NCBI RefSeq assembly: GCF_009914755.1
Contig: NC_060925.1
Source of the DNA: the human T2T-CHM13v2.0 reference genome, Homo sapiens
Length of the DNA: 64,000 nucleotides
Direction: 5' to 3' (one strand)
Shown here: positions 61,724 to 64,000 of the stretch, one piece after another
Numbering within the stretch: position 1 is the stretch's first letter
Layout: each line of letters opens with the position of its first letter
The notes under the pieces: generated by a model
What the model saw: the letters and a program-made list of their open reading frames with translations, nothing else
The model's database searches: none
Told to the model about the DNA's origin: nothing
Translations under genes and position numbers: made by a program

Positions 61724-64000
61724 CTAGTCCTCCCCTGAGGACCAGGACTCTCTATCTCCTTCCCTCTGAGTGAACTTCAGGAACTGACCCTGGCCCAGGT
61801 GAACAGGAGCCCCTGCCCAAGAGGTCTTCAGAGCACTCCCCTCCTCCTCCTGAAAGGGGCTCCCTCGGTCTCCCTCAGAGACTAGCGGCATTCCTTGCCC
61901 CACTTCCTCAGACTGCTCCAGCCCGTTCATCACTCCCCCATTCACATGCTGTGACTTCCCCTCCAAGTTGGGACCCTGGCCATTAACACCAATGATGTCT
62001 GCCCCTGGGCCTGCATCCTCCATCCCACTGGGGATCTCTAGAGGGCCAGGGACTTTGTCCTCCCTCTCCAAGGAAACAGGGTCAGACTCTTCCTCTGAGC
62101 CAGAAGGCTCAGCACTGTCCTGGGACTCCGTTTCCAGGGCAGTCTTGGGGGCACCAGCCACTGCACCCCTCAAGCTGTCATCCCAGGGGACACTGACACT
62201 CACAGAATCAGACTCCAGGAATTCCCCTCTCTGGGAGCTACTCAGGGCCTGGAGGCTGCCAACAGAAGACCCTGGCCCCCACCGCCCAGCCCCTGGCTCC
62301 CTCCCCTCCTCCTGATCCTCCTCTCCCTCCTCCCCACTTTCTTCCTCATCTGCAAACCCATCGGACTCCCCATCTCGATCCCAGGCTGCAGGATCCAGTA
62401 GCAGCTGGGGCACCTGGCCCAGAGGTTCTGCCACCTCCCCAGGGACCCCAGGAAGAAAAGGTGCCTCAGTCCCCAGGTCCTCAAATTCTTCTGACAGGTC
62501 AGAGTCACGGCCACACTCCTCTTCTCCCTCCTCCCCCTCCTCCTTTTCTGAGGGTGGGGCCTCAAGGCCCTCGGAAGCCAGGACAGCAGGATCCCAGCCC
62601 TCCTTTCCAGTCTCCCCTTGAGGGGGTGGCCTCTGCTCTCCAGTGGGGTCCCACCTGGGGGAGGTGGGGGACCTGAGGTAGAAGCCCAGGGGAGTGGAGT
62701 CTGGAAGGGTCTCCCCGAGCTCATCCTCCTCGCTCTCTTCTCTGCTCTCCTCCCCTTCCTCCTGGGGGCCCTCGGGGATCTCCCCAGAACCCAACTCCTC
62801 CTGCTCGCTCTCTACTTTCCCCAGGGCTTCAGCCCTCCCCTGCACCCCCCAGCTAGCCTCCTGACTCCCTTCAGCCTGAGGCTGAGGCCCAGGGGCATCT
62901 TCCAGGATCGGGGTGTACGTTGGGCTGGGGGAGACCAGCACTGGTGGTACATCCTCCTCAGCTTCCTCTGACCCCAGAGGCCAAGGTGAAGGGGCATCAC
63001 TTCCAGTGTGGCCCAGGGTCTCAGCAGGGAACGCCTCCTCTGCTCCCCTGGGGGCCTCAGCCTCTGACTCCTCCCTACCCTCCCTGGGAGGCTCCCAAGG
63101 GTCTCTGCTCTTCCCAGGCAGCTCGGAGAACTCTGTCCCCAGACCACCTGCCTCCTCTAGGTCCTTTCTAGGCCCTTCCAAGCCCTGAACCCTCTTTGCC
63201 TCCAAACTCTCCTCTTCCAGGGGTGGTTCCATCACCTCTTCCCTGGTCAGATGGCCTGGGTCCCCCAGCCCTCCCACCCCCTGCCCCGGGCCTGGCTCAG
63301 CTCCCGCAGCAGACTCACCCATGGCAGGCTCTGACCCCAACATGACCTCTGGGGAGGCTTGGTCACCCCCTGGGGCCACATCATCTTCCACCAGGGGCTC
63401 TATCGCCTCTGGCAGCCCCTGGGGAGCCTGGAGGCCTGGGGCCCCCACCTGTTGTGATTGCCCTTCAGGGTCCTGGAGGCCCTCAGCCCCTCCCTTCACA
63501 CTGGCTCCCTCAACCAGGCCTCTCTGCTCTTTGGGCTCAGGGCTCTCTGGGTGCCCCTCGCCTGGGATCCAGACCTCCTCTGTGGCATTCAGCTCTCCCT
63601 GCTCTACCACCTCCTCCTTCCCAGTGAAGCCATCCTGCTCCCTCAGATTCAGCTCTGCCTCATCCTCATTTTCCACTCCAGCCATCCCAGGAGGGCTTTC
63701 CTGAGCCAGTTCTTGGTCCTTCTCCACCGTATCTTCCCACCTCTGCACATCTGCAGACTGCGGCAGCTCCTGTCCCTCCTCCTCCAGAGACCTCAGTGAC
63801 TCTTGGTACTCTCCCTTTCCCAGGTTCTCTTCCTCTTCCAGATTCCTTTGACTTTCCTTGTCTACCTCCTCTGGAGATCTCAAATTCTCCAGGTTCCATG
63901 CTCCCAGAGATCTCAATGATTCCTGATTCTCCTCTTCCAGGAGTCTGAATGTCTCTTGGTTCACTTCCACAGACTCCAGTGGTTCTTGAATTTCCTTTTC
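61724..64000 (-). CDS. NES: Nestin, C-terminal tail (3' part of last exon; 5' end lies outside the window)
   Basis: The frame is open to the window edge (EKEIQEPLES VEVNQETFRLLEEENQESLRSL...), with acidic ~11-aa repeats, and ends GDRESWSSGED-stop, the recognisable nestin C terminus. Confidence 0.98.
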   Translation of the reverse strand, partial: EKEIQEPLESVEVNQETFRLLEEENQESLRSLGAWNLENLRSPEEVDKESQRNLEEEENLGKGEYQESLRSLEEEGQELPQSADVQRWEDTVEKDQELAQESPPGMAGVENEDEAELNLREQDGFTGKEEVVEQGELNATEEVWIPGEGHPESPEPKEQRGLVEGASVKGGAEGLQDPEGQSQQVGAPGLQAPQGLPEAIEPLVEDDVAPGGDQASPEVMLGSEPAMGESAAGAEPGPGQGVGGLGDPGHLTREEVMEPPLEEESLEAKRVQGLEGPRKDLEEAGGLGTEFSELPGKSRDPWEPPREGREESEAEAPRGAEEAFPAETLGHTGSDAPSPWPLGSEEAEEDVPPVLVSPSPTYTPILEDAPGPQPQAEGSQEASWGVQGRAEALGKVESEQEELGSGEIPEGPQEEGEESREESEEDELGETLPDSTPLGFYLRSPTSPRWDPTGEQRPPPQGETGKEGWDPAVLASEGLEAPPSEKEEGEEGEEECGRDSDLSEEFEDLGTEAPFLPGVPGEVAEPLGQVPQLLLDPAAWDRDGESDGFADEEESGEEGEEDQEEGREPGAGRWGPGSSVGSLQALSSSQRGEFLESDSVSVSVPWDDSLRGAVAGAPKTALETESQDSAEPSGSEEESDPVSLEREDKVPGPLEIPSGMEDAGPGADIIGVNGQGPNLEGKSQHVNGGVMNGLEQSEEVGQGMPLVSEGDRGSPFQEEEGSALKTSWAGAPVHLGQGQFLKFTQREGDRESWSSGED

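Overview
Human genomic DNA. The gene order HAPLN2-BCAN-NES identifies it as chromosome 1q23.1. The window holds the complete HAPLN2 gene (+ strand; 2 non-coding and 5 coding exons; spliced CDS 1023 nt = 340 aa) and the complete brevican gene BCAN (+ strand; 14 exons; 2736 nt = 911 aa secreted form, plus a 671 aa GPI-type form made by read-through into intron 8 and intronic polyadenylation). It also holds the 3' part of the last exon of nestin, NES (- strand, convergent with BCAN). Coding exon boundaries were placed by GT/AG and reading-phase arithmetic; TSSs and repeat edges are approximate. The first ~33 kb is packed with about 39 Alus, L1/L2/MIR fragments, MLT1 LTRs and a decayed ERVL/LTR16 provirus; the remaining ~31 kb has only 5 Alus. 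The most interesting non-annotation signals are: (1) a cluster of four ARE/AP-1 elements in the BCAN-NES spacer, next to a candidate antisense promoter and splice donor whose transcript could cross BCAN and its promoter, with KEAP1-degron-like DLG and ESGE motifs in the neighbouring nestin tail; (2) a tandem CTCF pair just after the BCAN poly(A) site; (3) a SOXE dimer site at the HAPLN2 promoter; (4) a CArG/ETS/CCAAT module downstream of NES; (5) an old ~100-bp locally templated insertion into an MLT1 LTR. No tRNA, rRNA or CRISPR features were seen. Nothing here is proven to be a wholly new system; the NRF2/antisense/nestin arrangement is a testable hypothesis.
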